DNA of 64,000 nucleotides. It comes from a virus. Below, piece after piece: positions 19,901 through 28,308 of this stretch (within the stretch, counting starts at the first letter, position 1; the number at the start of each line of letters is the position of its first letter). The stretch covers positions 1 through 64,000 of IMG/VR virus record IMGVR_UViG_3300032311_001250. One strand, 5' to 3'. The position numbers were made by a program, and so were the translations under genes. The notes under the pieces are model-generated. The model had not been told where the DNA came from. It saw nothing but the letters and a program-made list of their open reading frames with translations, and ran no database searches.

Positions 19901-21560
19901 GATGCAGCGGGCGATTACCGCCGGCCAGGGGAATGTCGCCTATACAGAAACCGAGGCATTCTACAACGAGAAGATGGATGCCCTACAAAAGGATCAGGCC
20001 GAGCGAATGCGCACGGTCCAGGAGCAAATCGACGACTTGATGCAGAAGATCAAGGAAGGCAAGATTGGGACCGCCGCCGCACAGCAGCAGTTCAAGGATA
20101 TCTTTGCGCAAGCCGGTCTTGACCTCGACGTTGCCCAGACACAAGGGTACTCGTTTATGTCAGCCTTTGGCGATGGCTTCATGGATGCGATGAACACAAA
20201 TATTAAGGGCGTATTCTCCAAGCTGCCTGGACTTATCATGAAGGCGTTGGAAATGGTCAAGCAGGACAAGCTGTATCAGCAGGCCCTTGACGCCTATAAC
20301 GCCATCGTCACGATGGGTGACAAGATTACTGGCAAGGAATACAAGTCTAAGTATCTGCAGCCGCGCCTTGCTGGTTTGAACACTCTCTACAAAGATGCCG
20401 TTAAGTACCTTACCAGTGGCGAGGGCGTAAAGGCTGCCGGTGGCCTTGATAAGGCGCAAGCCATGATGGCCACACTGCTCAAGAAGAAGATCGAACTGGA
20501 AAACATGATCTCGGCAACTAGCGATACGGCTGTTATTGACAAGTCACTTGCATTGGCTGGAGACTCCTCATATCGCAGTGACATTATGGGTATCCAGTTG
20601 CCCGGCATGGGAAATCGCTCGCTTGTCGACTACCTCAGGCTTTACATGGGCTACGCTTCTCGTGACCGCGATAATTACATGAACAATCCGTATCTTGCCG
20701 GTGGCGCGGCTGGCGGTACAATCACGACTGCCGGTCAGTTCATGGTGGGCGAGCGCGGGCCGGAGATGATTGAAGTTGGGCCAAACGGCATTCGCGTCGT
20801 CCCAAACCACAAGCTTCCGTCCTGGCTGCGCTCGTCTGCCGGGGCTCTTGGCGCTGTCAATATGGGTCTGGGTGGCTATGCCTTTGGCACTGGTTCGGGC
20901 GACTCCGGAATGCGTGGACTGAAGTTTGACCCTAAACACATTAACCCGGAACACATTAGAAAATATGGCAACGTGTCAATGGCCGGAACCTGGCAGTCTG
21001 CCCTTGGCATGCTATTGATGCGTGCCGGGGCACCTATTGCCGCCCTTGCGTCAAGGGCCGGTAACGGACTTACTCGTGGAATGGAGTGGATGATTGGACC
21101 AGGACCACTTGGCAAGATGGCCGATAAGATTGTATCACTTGGCAGTAGCATCAATAATATTGATCCAGAAAATCTTGGACCAAAAATGAAGTTAATTAGC
21201 ACGCTCATGAAACCGCAAATGGACATGATGGCATTTGCGCAAGACGTTGGGTATACCAAGTATATGTCTACTGATTTCTTGAAAACTATGGCAGCTGCTG
21301 GTGGCACAATCGGCCTCACCGGGTTAGAAGCACAAGGCTTGATGGGTGCCCCTGGGTTCCTCATGAATCTTCTCAATGGTGGCCCACGATCAGTAACGCC
21401 ACCAAACGTGCATGCACACCCATCTCGATCACCAATTAGTGGTACAGTGAACATTCACAACCCGCAACTCAACTCTGCGGCCGACATTGACCGACTCGCC
21501 GAGCGCGTTGCGGAGGCTCAAGTGCGAGCACTTCGAAACTCCGGCTATGTAAAGAGGTAA
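10956..21560 (+). CDS. Giant tape measure protein with HicA-like, ddrB-ParB-like and zincin domains
   Basis: Follows G/GT. N-terminal LSLDSSAFNSG. Tape-measure domain about 16590-17350 (FANVTNFRFGDL...IGDAVAALG...ALGQM...QLANAGI). Hydrophobic helices. C-terminal AGG...VGERGPE...VVPN. Extra domains at about 11710-11925, 12010-12560 and 14660-15050. Confidence 0.92.
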   Translation: MAEGQGGNVASVGLSLDSSAFNSGVARALADISRLLTGLRELQAASQKTNLGQLGATGRSGAASGAFTPATFARDIRRLAIPAIRQLDRAASTSPLLTGRMARGAGFDPAAMAAAINRQTIPAIQRLNRTMGSFRDSDFMKEFEAGRAARERAHRAMLERESRITQEIAKGTTKRLEREQARMIQAQQAENRRAADPNTQGSRQLRAAIEMRRQLAEQKRYVEAHPTPTQTRYAGGGRGGGSREGRWGDVADLKGIPKDWRKVLMQLEQQGWRIEPRSGGHPVAYPTSKQYKPITFPSTPSDHRDLLNFISKARRSGGVINGRGYRDEAGPFVERQRGFYEDPSTKKPTLRANYRMAALEELVTSNLPSYPPVMQPRPRGVSGVSAADPNSRQQIERMIKGFERGKVFAPSANLEEGLIATVANAAGQQFVASGNARTMALQAIAKQGTPLRNAISGFSMEYLKSNPTEFGQGEVAALKKAGASIARSGKTPVLIREIAGGVEGLAPQRLGQLGLQLNARTGLSESEIAIAASRMLSKVPAEVLAGDPRKIVAAGKGPAYEALKSALSSEVLGEHVMGTRYKGASGGVAFKGMMEQMLYARAYGNNPATAQMLTAAFSGEPSEMSSSVRAALGRSLGPQLRLRERINAGEVPAGMDPIFNSLPGALQLMQRALGTGGQGPGWITNPETLRGNPAGALRALLSQKTMFGDPTTAIERRLAANMLAVGPQGLSPFLSSLGMYGSRAEGAQMGMFGASEGGLLQATSNPRQAIALAQKAAAQYQEALKTDPALKGTGKAAVTAREAVLTSIVEGVYSGMPAQAAAVAQKVATSSPQAAAVGQEIVQGTAAAVTQAAVNPKRKKFTFKLSEEEQAAFLSKLRGPVVAPASQGGGYQMFPPEEPRTGLRRPNAQRMTELGGYGISPREIGVAEGSVKARAGGYLPYSESSPQRQMQYNNRLTRGYATLMGEIEGHLAQPGPKSTAALAAKIPEVERLYKVAMERGGLGMDPMNAHAEVVAKARAILGPVAIPQSEPQRPPIVTATPVPTTPEGIPYIKVPTSGELTEAQIKAVQEGRAKLLMPPPPPRQKTGRSIGGPIPPTNEGLASLLGIGPALQLGAGYRPYPGDPMLAALTRAQVERRALALSRGQVEGPLIGANRGGLDPVTGAFTVNPKIPEVTRMQGGMLRALLTSESLSAAEKARQISLLSGSIPGMRGVPTSIPEGQWQKLGSGSYRGPKDLKPVYESLKPLIEQYGAARTMGYVELARGSSQGYGYWDPKNKGLNLSGLEGRSSGAIMRTLVHELAHGSFGEAMRTGYKQPGQVQIYGPKGESMGMAPHGAASALLAGEPTRVGHLDPKFYEMQARILKSEGGLFSSLLFHNFAQGGSLPGGLGLQGTGPEYGIGKLAAQLTPQLEKLASPQQLLAAQAFTKTMNTLVGGIEGFAKGRGNLEQTSNGIAKAFRTLGESSSEFKPEFLLGGAARLSNFIRQNGQEGLAKMAPEQLRAGIVNSILSTTTGALGPGRLLGPMSQVSGVHGQISEFLKNASEMEKGYLAMAINPQAFVKEPGAKPFYQRGDVDHLQKAQEILSNVAQEAERAASVIPAATNVAVTRRAGMQLPVINRGRMLPAEHSVVVSGQRYGAGGGQFVETTNSAGETVRQFVPAQRLPEVTPVQGPMSGSGALVVYDPRVAAQYEQNNPRFAGRPYGGRAETQRFTPNAALLNEAYMRTLSYGGQGFFGRVGYERLTMPAQEIASRYAGFRGAVGQAAYNSPLSPIGGMMSQFRQATGTYAEAEMGKQQLRAAARQQYQGQVAQADAFANAQTRLNRVLGTGTVNFRELGKVMSEVGNGFTSGALSSLRFAANLAIGQQAVFAFVGMINHLRGGIIEFNAKLEAAAVGFNTLFRNAGYTVEDASEKTKAFIGVLRDFANVTNFRFGDLETAALRMKAFGFEVDNVTAAAKNQMPILEEIPNPWAKLTGEAKSFRGALVNIGDAVAALGAEDDKLRRVTYALGQMNSAGRVYQNDMMQLANAGIAGYDILAKAVKKQLENDPELMRANKAIYNKLLNPRTAVEEIRKLARVGRLVGPEAVQAILQGLGQQYGGGMKAFSRTFQGAMTTLADTSQSLIATAFKPLFDVTRDLVVQLADAFQTSEWTGKADNAAKVIQKVAEALRSMIPGTADTIMKVLGSFFETFAKLGSSLGSTTNGLGSFVNNFAAGVKTIGDLLQNSVIRNLLVAGVTAKLVMGTIASNPLLATIGLIVSSIGAISKAIETNAFGFGDLAAKVQPEFDKILANISGNFIPGVTSGLSDGLGAFFAIMGAFIRAVTPLLVAILDIISNVGSAIKPFASVLGVALAAFVGKKVLIDGMAAAMGKFAAATGAAVGRVTSLKEKMALYQAFGTTGRYYGGDKLMAMQTMQLANGQSRAVLAPAEQGGIGIGGPTAVRAALALANQFALLQTGAPLQTAGVVPPQTVLDKKTGRQVANPMYQQFLNTAAFNPQTTLAQYQAIRGARKEEIMQELAIRRNKSLTPEQRQAALANVSTAGRQAYRQFRADTGGAGSSSMKALEASFASMSQGMIAQLGQFMAKIRSTGLSLETLKTIAKAVGSRLAGMATAAMGMGMLFSAIGGALNVKELQAVGDTLTTIGFATTGLTMMFNALTVAVGAAALPLMALMLAIGGLIAFISASTTTEQDKKGAKQVSEIMDLRDQMVAMYGEEEAKRRFPDYFPENLTLPEKKLRMALPGETPDSYDWINNIALKLDYDPKDLAAVRSQFGFTDEDFAKTKAYFEMMNTDTGRILSLFQEGKTAEQIAEITGLPIDRIKLQLKEFYETTGSDNKDFIAKVLSDSLDATGAALKEAQEAYEKAMEPFQKNLSRLTSRTQEVMQALFESEKKALEDEKKAALENTLVMYNGEQVRLGVLQQQYDAMKLQREEMDRMAELEKQRTAAAEAALNIFDASVDPLERARAARESARDLFNQVGTSRLDEMQRAITAGQGNVAYTETEAFYNEKMDALQKDQAERMRTVQEQIDDLMQKIKEGKIGTAAAQQQFKDIFAQAGLDLDVAQTQGYSFMSAFGDGFMDAMNTNIKGVFSKLPGLIMKALEMVKQDKLYQQALDAYNAIVTMGDKITGKEYKSKYLQPRLAGLNTLYKDAVKYLTSGEGVKAAGGLDKAQAMMATLLKKKIELENMISATSDTAVIDKSLALAGDSSYRSDIMGIQLPGMGNRSLVDYLRLYMGYASRDRDNYMNNPYLAGGAAGGTITTAGQFMVGERGPEMIEVGPNGIRVVPNHKLPSWLRSSAGALGAVNMGLGGYAFGTGSGDSGMRGLKFDPKHINPEHIRKYGNVSMAGTWQSALGMLLMRAGAPIAALASRAGNGLTRGMEWMIGPGPLGKMADKIVSLGSSINNIDPENLGPKMKLISTLMKPQMDMMAFAQDVGYTKYMSTDFLKTMAAAGGTIGLTGLEAQGLMGAPGFLMNLLNGGPRSVTPPNVHAHPSRSPISGTVNIHNPQLNSAADIDRLAERVAEAQVRALRNSGYVKR

Positions 21561-21563
21561 CTA

Positions 21564-24500
21564 ATGGCCAGCTATACTGGAACAATCACTGTCAAGATTC
21601 AACCAAAGCTGCTCGACTATACCTCGCTGTCCGATTTCGTTGATATCACTAACCGCGTGATCTTTTCCGAGGGAGGAGATTCGTCGTTTACGTTCACGCA
21701 GAGCTCTGAGGGGTCACAGGCAGGTGCTTCGTTCTCCCTGTTCACCATGTTCCCCATCTCAACAACGAAGTGGTCATCGTATACCGGAGCAACAGACTTG
21801 ATCAAGGCGCAAGCTGCGCTTAATGACCCTACCTTTGACTTCGAAGTGCCGGCTAGGTCTGAGGTGCAAATCTACGAGAACGGCAGCCTGATCTTCGGCG
21901 GCATCGTGACCGAAGTGTCTCGGGAGCGAACGGGTGGATCCATCACCACGCGCATTACCTGCCAAGACTATACTGCGCTCCTTGACGAGGTGGTAATTGA
22001 CCGGTACAAGGCCCCCTACGACGTAAAGGACTACCAGATCATCAAGGGCGGCTACGCCACCGACCCCGAAAAGAACGGCCTGTCGGTCATCAAGCTCGTT
22101 GATGGTGGCTCCGGCAGCACCCGAGAAATCACCGTTTCCCTGGAAGATGCGCACGACATGATTGTTGGGCAGCAGTTCACCATTGACCGATCTAGCTCAT
22201 ACAACGGGACATGGACTGTTTCTTCAATTCTTTCTGAGGTGTCAATTAAGGCAACAAAGTCTGGAACCGCTCCATATACCGCAGGCGATGAGACATCCGC
22301 CCGGCTAACGCCATATACGGCATCGATTTTTTCAGACATCCGAACGACCGATGCCTACAGCGGCCTATCGTTTAGCCTTGGAATCAATGCAACTAGTAGC
22401 TATGTCGAAGAGAATCTTAACGATACGCGCTTTAGCCCCATTTCGTATTTGCCGGACTCATCGTACCCAGATAAACTCGGGGCAAAGTTGTATCTGCCAT
22501 TTTCCGATTACAAAGTTAGCAACTATCGATTCTCTGCCGACCCCAAGGCGGCTGATCTTACCAATGAGCTGCGTCTCTTTGGTTTGCAAAGCACTATTAA
22601 TGAGCGAAACCTTGTCACCTCTATCAGTTCCTATAACACGACGAGCAATTATGTTGACGTCACAACTCTTGGTTCACACAACATTATCAGCGGCGAATAC
22701 GTCAGCGTTGTCAACCCGCTTCTTGATTCTGGAAAGACTTCTTTTTCATCGAGCTTCCAGGCAGATCGACAAAGTTCATCGGTGGTTCGCATGGCATCAC
22801 CTACTGATCCGGCGATTGACGTAAAGAAATACGCAATCACTGCGGCAAGTGGGGACGGAACATATATTACCTATACCTGCACAAATACATTTCTTCCTGG
22901 AGATGTGGTGGGAATCAGCGGGATTACGGAAACTAGCACCGCCGGATACGGCTCGCTTAACATTGTTTCCACCGTAGTGGAAGAAGCCACATCAACAACG
23001 TTCAAGATTAAAAACCCAGGAAATCAGACTGCCACCAGCTTTACAGGGGCCTATGCCTACACGACCTATATCCAACTGGCCAAGGATCGAGTGCAAAACC
23101 TTTATTCCGACTCTAAGGTGTATCAAATCCTTGCGGCAAACCGAGAAGGAAACGTTTCGCAAATTTGGTACAATTCAACCACACCGCAGTATGCAGTAAA
23201 TGAGTGCGTATTCATTGAGGGGCTTCCTGATTTTGACGCTCGCGTTATTGTTTCTGAGACGTCCGGTACCACCCCCGATGCTTTCACCGGAAGTCCATGG
23301 AGGATTTACAAATACGGTAGGTATAACAACGTCGGAGTAGTCGGCGTCGCTAAGAACAAAAGCCCCTATGTTCCTGGATACAAGAATGGAAATTACCTTT
23401 CCTCCGGGCACCCGTTTATTGTTGGGGCATCAATCGTTATCTCCGGACTAACCGGATCAGCTGCAACTGTCAACGGAACATTTACTATTACGAGGGTAAA
23501 AGGAAATTTGGTGTTCTTTAACAGTTCTGGAGGCAACACGGGGTCTTCCACAACCTATGTTAAAGATGTTTCCAGCAAGTCAGCCAGGCTTGCCAGCTCT
23601 ATCGTTTACAGCACCGGTGGTGTTTCTTGGATTAAATTTACCGATAGCCGGGCTGACGCAGAAAAAACACCAGAATCTATGCCTAAAACAGCGGCAATCC
23701 GTCAGTTTAATTTTGCCTGGCCAGCGATCTCTGGTGGTCGCTCGGCCGGAACCCCTAGCGCTTCCTTTATCACGGCCCCAGAAGATACGCTTTCGTACAT
23801 TGGCGGCAGGCAAGCTGTAAAGTTCACCTCATCGTCATACAGCGGCATTTCTTCAAGGATTAAGTCAGAAATTTCTTTTGTGGAAATTGCATCTAATGTG
23901 GTCACTATTACCACAAAAGCTGCTCATCGCTTCAGGGTTGGTCAGTTTGTTGTAGTGCAGGCGGCGACAAAAACTACCGTTCAGGGCGGCTATATCATTA
24001 CCGATGTCCCAACCCCAACAACGTTTACATATAGCCTTACTACTTCAAACTATTCAAAAACGGCGGATAGTGGTCCAACGTTTGTCATGGATACCGGTTT
24101 TGCCGCTCTATCAAAATCGTTCAGCGCAATCATTATGGTGCAGCCTAGCTCATTCCCGTCTTCTGGTAACTACAAGACCATTTGGCATCATGGCTCAATT
24201 GCGACGAGTCAGCGACGAGAGCTTATGATTGACTCTACCGGCCAGATTGTGTTTAGTACCGTTCATGGAACTTACTACAATACCGGCCTTACGCTTACCG
24301 CCGACGTTCCGGCATTGATCTACGTGTCCCTTGATTCCTCAACCGGAACCACTAACTTGGTCATTTCCAAGAATGACGAAACCGTGTACACGGCAAGTGC
24401 AACAAACTATGGAGGAACAACAAACGTAGATGGTGAGCCAAGGGCAAATCTCACTGTTGGCTACGGCTGGACAGATTCCAGCGCTGCCACCAGGTTCTAT

Positions 24501-26684
24501 GACGGCTTGATCGGCGACATGATTGTCATTGACCGTGTTCTTACCTCAACAGAACGTTCTCAGCTAATTTCTTGGATGGCGCATACCTTTACCCTTGCTG
24601 GATCGCTTTTGTCTAGCACCTCTACGTATAAACTTCTTGCCGACAATCCCGGGAAGGCCGAGGTTTCTAAGGTCAAAGAGCCATTTAACGGCATGACGCT
24701 ACGCCAGGCAATGGACTATATCTCGAAGAAAACTGGATGCCAGTATTGGGTTGACGCCAATAAGTACCTGCACTATATCAAGCGAGAGGTCCAAAACTTG
24801 GTAGAGAACCCAACTTTTGAAGATCAATTCGGCAATGCAAGCCTGACCGACTGGGATTTTGACGCAGGGTTCACTGTCTCCTCGAGGACAGAGGGGCCAT
24901 ACGGCTATGGATATGCCGCAACGGCCTCTGGAACCGCAGAGCTAATTGCTCGCTCAAAGTTTTTTACTGTTACCTCAGGAGAGAAGTATTTCGCTTCGGC
25001 AATGATGAAGACAAGCAATAAGTCGAAGTCCCGACTGGAAGTTCGCTTCTATAACTCTAGCGATGTGCAGGTAGGGGGAGAAAAGGAGATTGGGTCGGCA
25101 GTATCCACTAACAATTCTTGGGAAAAGATGTGGGGCATGGTTGCCGTTCCGGGAACTCCTGGCATCGTAAAAGCTGCGTTGATTTACCATCATACTTCGC
25201 ACAGCAGCACCTATACGGACTACTACGCTAATCCGCTTGTCGTGAAGCTTACCGGAGACTTTGGGTTTGCTGACTACGGCACCGCACCAGGTTCAACGGT
25301 AGAGATGCTGTTTGATACATCCCTAAACGCAATTATGCCACTCAAGACGTTTGAGGCGCCATCCAACATCTCTCAACACGGCAGCATGGCAAACCGTGTC
25401 TACATTTATGCTAAGCCGCTTGCAACGAATGCTACGGGTGATCTGATCTCGGCAAATGTCGTTACCGGACAAGTGCTGAAGTACACGTTTGACTATGTCC
25501 AGGGCGTCTGGAATACACATGGAAAAATCATTGAATCTTCAACCGTCAACAAGGATATTGAGACCGCTGAGGATGCGGCGTTGGCCGCAAGCGCAATCTT
25601 TAGCGATTCCGGCAAGACTATTGAATCTTACGACTTTGACCATCCAAACTCTGCCTCCGATGGACGACTGACTGTTGGAACCGTTATTCCATACTTCTGG
25701 AGCGAAGTCGGCGTTATTGAGCCGCTTGTAGTCAAGTCACAAACAACTAAATTCATTGGCGGAGAGGCCTACTACTCCGTGCAACTTGCCGGAGAGCCGG
25801 CACTGCAACGAAACGCAATTGTGCTTGTGCAGCGAGAAAACCTTACGGTCAATCTTGGCCCTGGCCAGCTTGCTTTGACTCGACCAACTAAGGTCAAAAA
25901 TATTGTTGTCAACTCTATTGATGTTGACGGAAAATCTCAGACAGTTGACTTGAACGCCAAGATTCAATGGAGCTTTGATACGACTGATCCAAGGAACAAG
26001 TTAGTAAAAAGGTTTGAAATTGAGCGACGTTCACAGGATTTGAACAAAAACATTCTTGGTAAAAAGGCACTTGCAAGTGGCACTGCTCTTTCTCGCGGGT
26101 CGGCTGTTGTTGGCGCAGAGTCTAGCTGCTATGTAAAGCTTGTTGGCTCTAACTCTATTAGCGCAGAGGACATCATCACTATTGCCAACTGGGTAAACCC
26201 AGCAAAAAAGAATTTGGCCGCCAATCCTACGCTTAACGGGAGCTGGGTTGTTGATCATGTGTCTTATAGCAAGACAAGTAAGGCAACAACCGTATACTTC
26301 AATATGTATGCATCGGAAACCTCGCCAATCGCAGCCTACAGCGCAGCAAAGGGTTCTGTCCCAACCAAATTTACTGTCAGCTGGTATGAGACTGTCAAGG
26401 CTGGTGTAACCGGGAACAAGTGGGCAGCGCTAGATACCGTTCTAATTGGGTCAACAAGCTACACGGATAGCAAGAGCGACTATAAGCACCGCTACCAGTA
26501 TAGAATCCGTGCTGTTGCAGAAACTGAAGATGGTGGTAAACTGTATGGCGATTGGTCATACGTTCCGGCAACGGCCATCAGCAGCCTGGCAGATACAGCA
26601 TGGCTGTATATCAATCGCAGCCTTGACCTTTCCTCTGATGGCGGAGCTGGGGCAGATGCGGTATTAACGGAGGCCACCACATGA
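21564..26684 (+). CDS. Large tail tip/hub protein with repeated beta modules, LamG-like and CBM-like domains
   Basis: IFGGIVTEV...ITCQDYT and GCQYWVDANKYLHY hub motifs; FYDGLIGDMIVIDRVLT (LamG-like); NLVENPTFE (CBM-like); C-terminal YQYRIRAV...YGDWS (FN3). Confidence 0.8.
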   Translation: MASYTGTITVKIQPKLLDYTSLSDFVDITNRVIFSEGGDSSFTFTQSSEGSQAGASFSLFTMFPISTTKWSSYTGATDLIKAQAALNDPTFDFEVPARSEVQIYENGSLIFGGIVTEVSRERTGGSITTRITCQDYTALLDEVVIDRYKAPYDVKDYQIIKGGYATDPEKNGLSVIKLVDGGSGSTREITVSLEDAHDMIVGQQFTIDRSSSYNGTWTVSSILSEVSIKATKSGTAPYTAGDETSARLTPYTASIFSDIRTTDAYSGLSFSLGINATSSYVEENLNDTRFSPISYLPDSSYPDKLGAKLYLPFSDYKVSNYRFSADPKAADLTNELRLFGLQSTINERNLVTSISSYNTTSNYVDVTTLGSHNIISGEYVSVVNPLLDSGKTSFSSSFQADRQSSSVVRMASPTDPAIDVKKYAITAASGDGTYITYTCTNTFLPGDVVGISGITETSTAGYGSLNIVSTVVEEATSTTFKIKNPGNQTATSFTGAYAYTTYIQLAKDRVQNLYSDSKVYQILAANREGNVSQIWYNSTTPQYAVNECVFIEGLPDFDARVIVSETSGTTPDAFTGSPWRIYKYGRYNNVGVVGVAKNKSPYVPGYKNGNYLSSGHPFIVGASIVISGLTGSAATVNGTFTITRVKGNLVFFNSSGGNTGSSTTYVKDVSSKSARLASSIVYSTGGVSWIKFTDSRADAEKTPESMPKTAAIRQFNFAWPAISGGRSAGTPSASFITAPEDTLSYIGGRQAVKFTSSSYSGISSRIKSEISFVEIASNVVTITTKAAHRFRVGQFVVVQAATKTTVQGGYIITDVPTPTTFTYSLTTSNYSKTADSGPTFVMDTGFAALSKSFSAIIMVQPSSFPSSGNYKTIWHHGSIATSQRRELMIDSTGQIVFSTVHGTYYNTGLTLTADVPALIYVSLDSSTGTTNLVISKNDETVYTASATNYGGTTNVDGEPRANLTVGYGWTDSSAATRFYDGLIGDMIVIDRVLTSTERSQLISWMAHTFTLAGSLLSSTSTYKLLADNPGKAEVSKVKEPFNGMTLRQAMDYISKKTGCQYWVDANKYLHYIKREVQNLVENPTFEDQFGNASLTDWDFDAGFTVSSRTEGPYGYGYAATASGTAELIARSKFFTVTSGEKYFASAMMKTSNKSKSRLEVRFYNSSDVQVGGEKEIGSAVSTNNSWEKMWGMVAVPGTPGIVKAALIYHHTSHSSTYTDYYANPLVVKLTGDFGFADYGTAPGSTVEMLFDTSLNAIMPLKTFEAPSNISQHGSMANRVYIYAKPLATNATGDLISANVVTGQVLKYTFDYVQGVWNTHGKIIESSTVNKDIETAEDAALAASAIFSDSGKTIESYDFDHPNSASDGRLTVGTVIPYFWSEVGVIEPLVVKSQTTKFIGGEAYYSVQLAGEPALQRNAIVLVQRENLTVNLGPGQLALTRPTKVKNIVVNSIDVDGKSQTVDLNAKIQWSFDTTDPRNKLVKRFEIERRSQDLNKNILGKKALASGTALSRGSAVVGAESSCYVKLVGSNSISAEDIITIANWVNPAKKNLAANPTLNGSWVVDHVSYSKTSKATTVYFNMYASETSPIAAYSAAKGSVPTKFTVSWYETVKAGVTGNKWAALDTVLIGSTSYTDSKSDYKHRYQYRIRAVAETEDGGKLYGDWSYVPATAISSLADTAWLYINRSLDLSSDGGAGADAVLTEATT

Positions 26685-28297
26685 GTGTTGAAAGCCTAAA
26701 AACTCCATCTATCACCACGCAGAGCGGCTCAACGTTTTCTCCTGTAGAAATCACCGCAGACGGGATTGCGCTGCTGAACGCCGCAGATGAGCGACGGTCA
26801 GATGGAGAGCTGATTCCGGCTGGATCTGAGGCAGTACTTTCCGTCAGCCGAGAGGGCGGCAGCAGCATCAATGCCAGCTATATTAAATCCGGCGTTATCG
26901 ACGCAAACCTTATGCGGGCTGGCCTTATTCAGACGGTGCCATCCTGGAACACTAAGTGGTACGGGGCGCCGGCAGACCATGCTGCGGTTCAAATGGGGTT
27001 CACCGGCGGTTCTATCGCCGCAACGGCCGTTTCAACCAGCAGCGGAACGGTTAGCCTCACGCTTCCAAGCGGGCACGGACTTATCACCGGCGACTACGTT
27101 CGAGTTTCTGGCTTGTACTTCACCACCGGGACGCTTCTTGGGGGAGTTGGCCTTAACCTCCCGACAAATGGACCGGTTGACTATGCCTCTGCTACCGTAT
27201 CAACAAACACGCTGACCTATAGCAAGTCTGATATTACCAGCGGCCTTACGGCCTCTACTGCCTCAACAGTCTATGTTGGCAAAGCATTTTCGATTAGCAG
27301 CATTTCCCGTGTTTATGACGACCCAGATAACCCGGCGGAGCTCAGCACAGTCACCGTAACGACAAGTGTTGCTCATGGATTTTCTGCCGGAGATTACGTT
27401 GAAATCACTGGAACCATTGAAACTCTTGACGGTGTCGCGTACATTACCGATGCCCCAAGCAGTACAACTTTTGTCTTTAAGCAGCGGTTTGGTGAAAATA
27501 TTGAGTTTGATGGAACCCTTGGTTTGACACTGCCAACTCTTGGCGCCCCAGCTGCAGTTAAGGTTCTTAAGGCATATACACAGAACTCCGACGGATCCAT
27601 CCACATTACCTCCGGAACAGTTGACTCTACGCTCATCGTCGGCGAGATTGCAGCGACTGAAATCACGATTGGCTCCGGTGAGTCCGTAGTCCGAGTCGGC
27701 AGCTACCCAGATGCTATCTCCCCGGAGTTCCAGGGTATCTGGGGTGGGGCAAGCAATCCAGATAATGCTGAATTCAAAGCAAGCGTAGCTGGCGAGCTTT
27801 ACGCAGCAAATGCCACGTTCCCCAACGCAGATATCGACGGCCTAGAAGTCACCTCGCTGAAGATGGCCGGGTCAATCTCGCTTGGCGCCGACCCTAACGG
27901 AAACATCGATGCGATCCGCGTGTATGACCGGACGTATGTTCCAGCTCGAGAGATTGCGCGGTGGGATACAAGTGGTATTCAAGTTTCCGACACTGGACTA
28001 TCAACCTCTCGGCGGATTTCTATTAGTGGCTCACAAATCACCCTTATTGACGCAGACGGAAATAGCATTGTTGCCATGAGCCCAGATGGAGTTAATGCAT
28101 CATCTATTACCAGCGGCGCGCTTCCTGGCGGATCAAACCTAATCCCCAACTCGTCATTTGAGCTGTCTCCGTTCCCTTCATCTGGTCTGACCTATATCCA
28201 GGCCACTGCAACCGGTACGGCTGTTAACGGCGACACACCTAGCATCAACGGATCAACTCCGTTTAGTGCATCTATGTCTATGTATACGTATAGCTAG
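26681..28297 (+). CDS. Tail fibre/minor tail protein
   Basis: INASYIKSGVIDANL and VNASSITSG fibre motifs; two HG[LF]xxGDxV repeats. Confidence 0.7.
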   Translation: MSVESLKTPSITTQSGSTFSPVEITADGIALLNAADERRSDGELIPAGSEAVLSVSREGGSSINASYIKSGVIDANLMRAGLIQTVPSWNTKWYGAPADHAAVQMGFTGGSIAATAVSTSSGTVSLTLPSGHGLITGDYVRVSGLYFTTGTLLGGVGLNLPTNGPVDYASATVSTNTLTYSKSDITSGLTASTASTVYVGKAFSISSISRVYDDPDNPAELSTVTVTTSVAHGFSAGDYVEITGTIETLDGVAYITDAPSSTTFVFKQRFGENIEFDGTLGLTLPTLGAPAAVKVLKAYTQNSDGSIHITSGTVDSTLIVGEIAATEITIGSGESVVRVGSYPDAISPEFQGIWGGASNPDNAEFKASVAGELYAANATFPNADIDGLEVTSLKMAGSISLGADPNGNIDAIRVYDRTYVPAREIARWDTSGIQVSDTGLSTSRRISISGSQITLIDADGNSIVAMSPDGVNASSITSGALPGGSNLIPNSSFELSPFPSSGLTYIQATATGTAVNGDTPSINGSTPFSASMSMYTYS

Positions 28298-28308
28298 GAG
28301 ATAATCTG

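Noticed and set aside
11041-21454. Numerous alternative-frame and antisense ORFs inside the TMP
   Set aside because: These are expected in GC-rich coding DNA and have no recognisable motifs.
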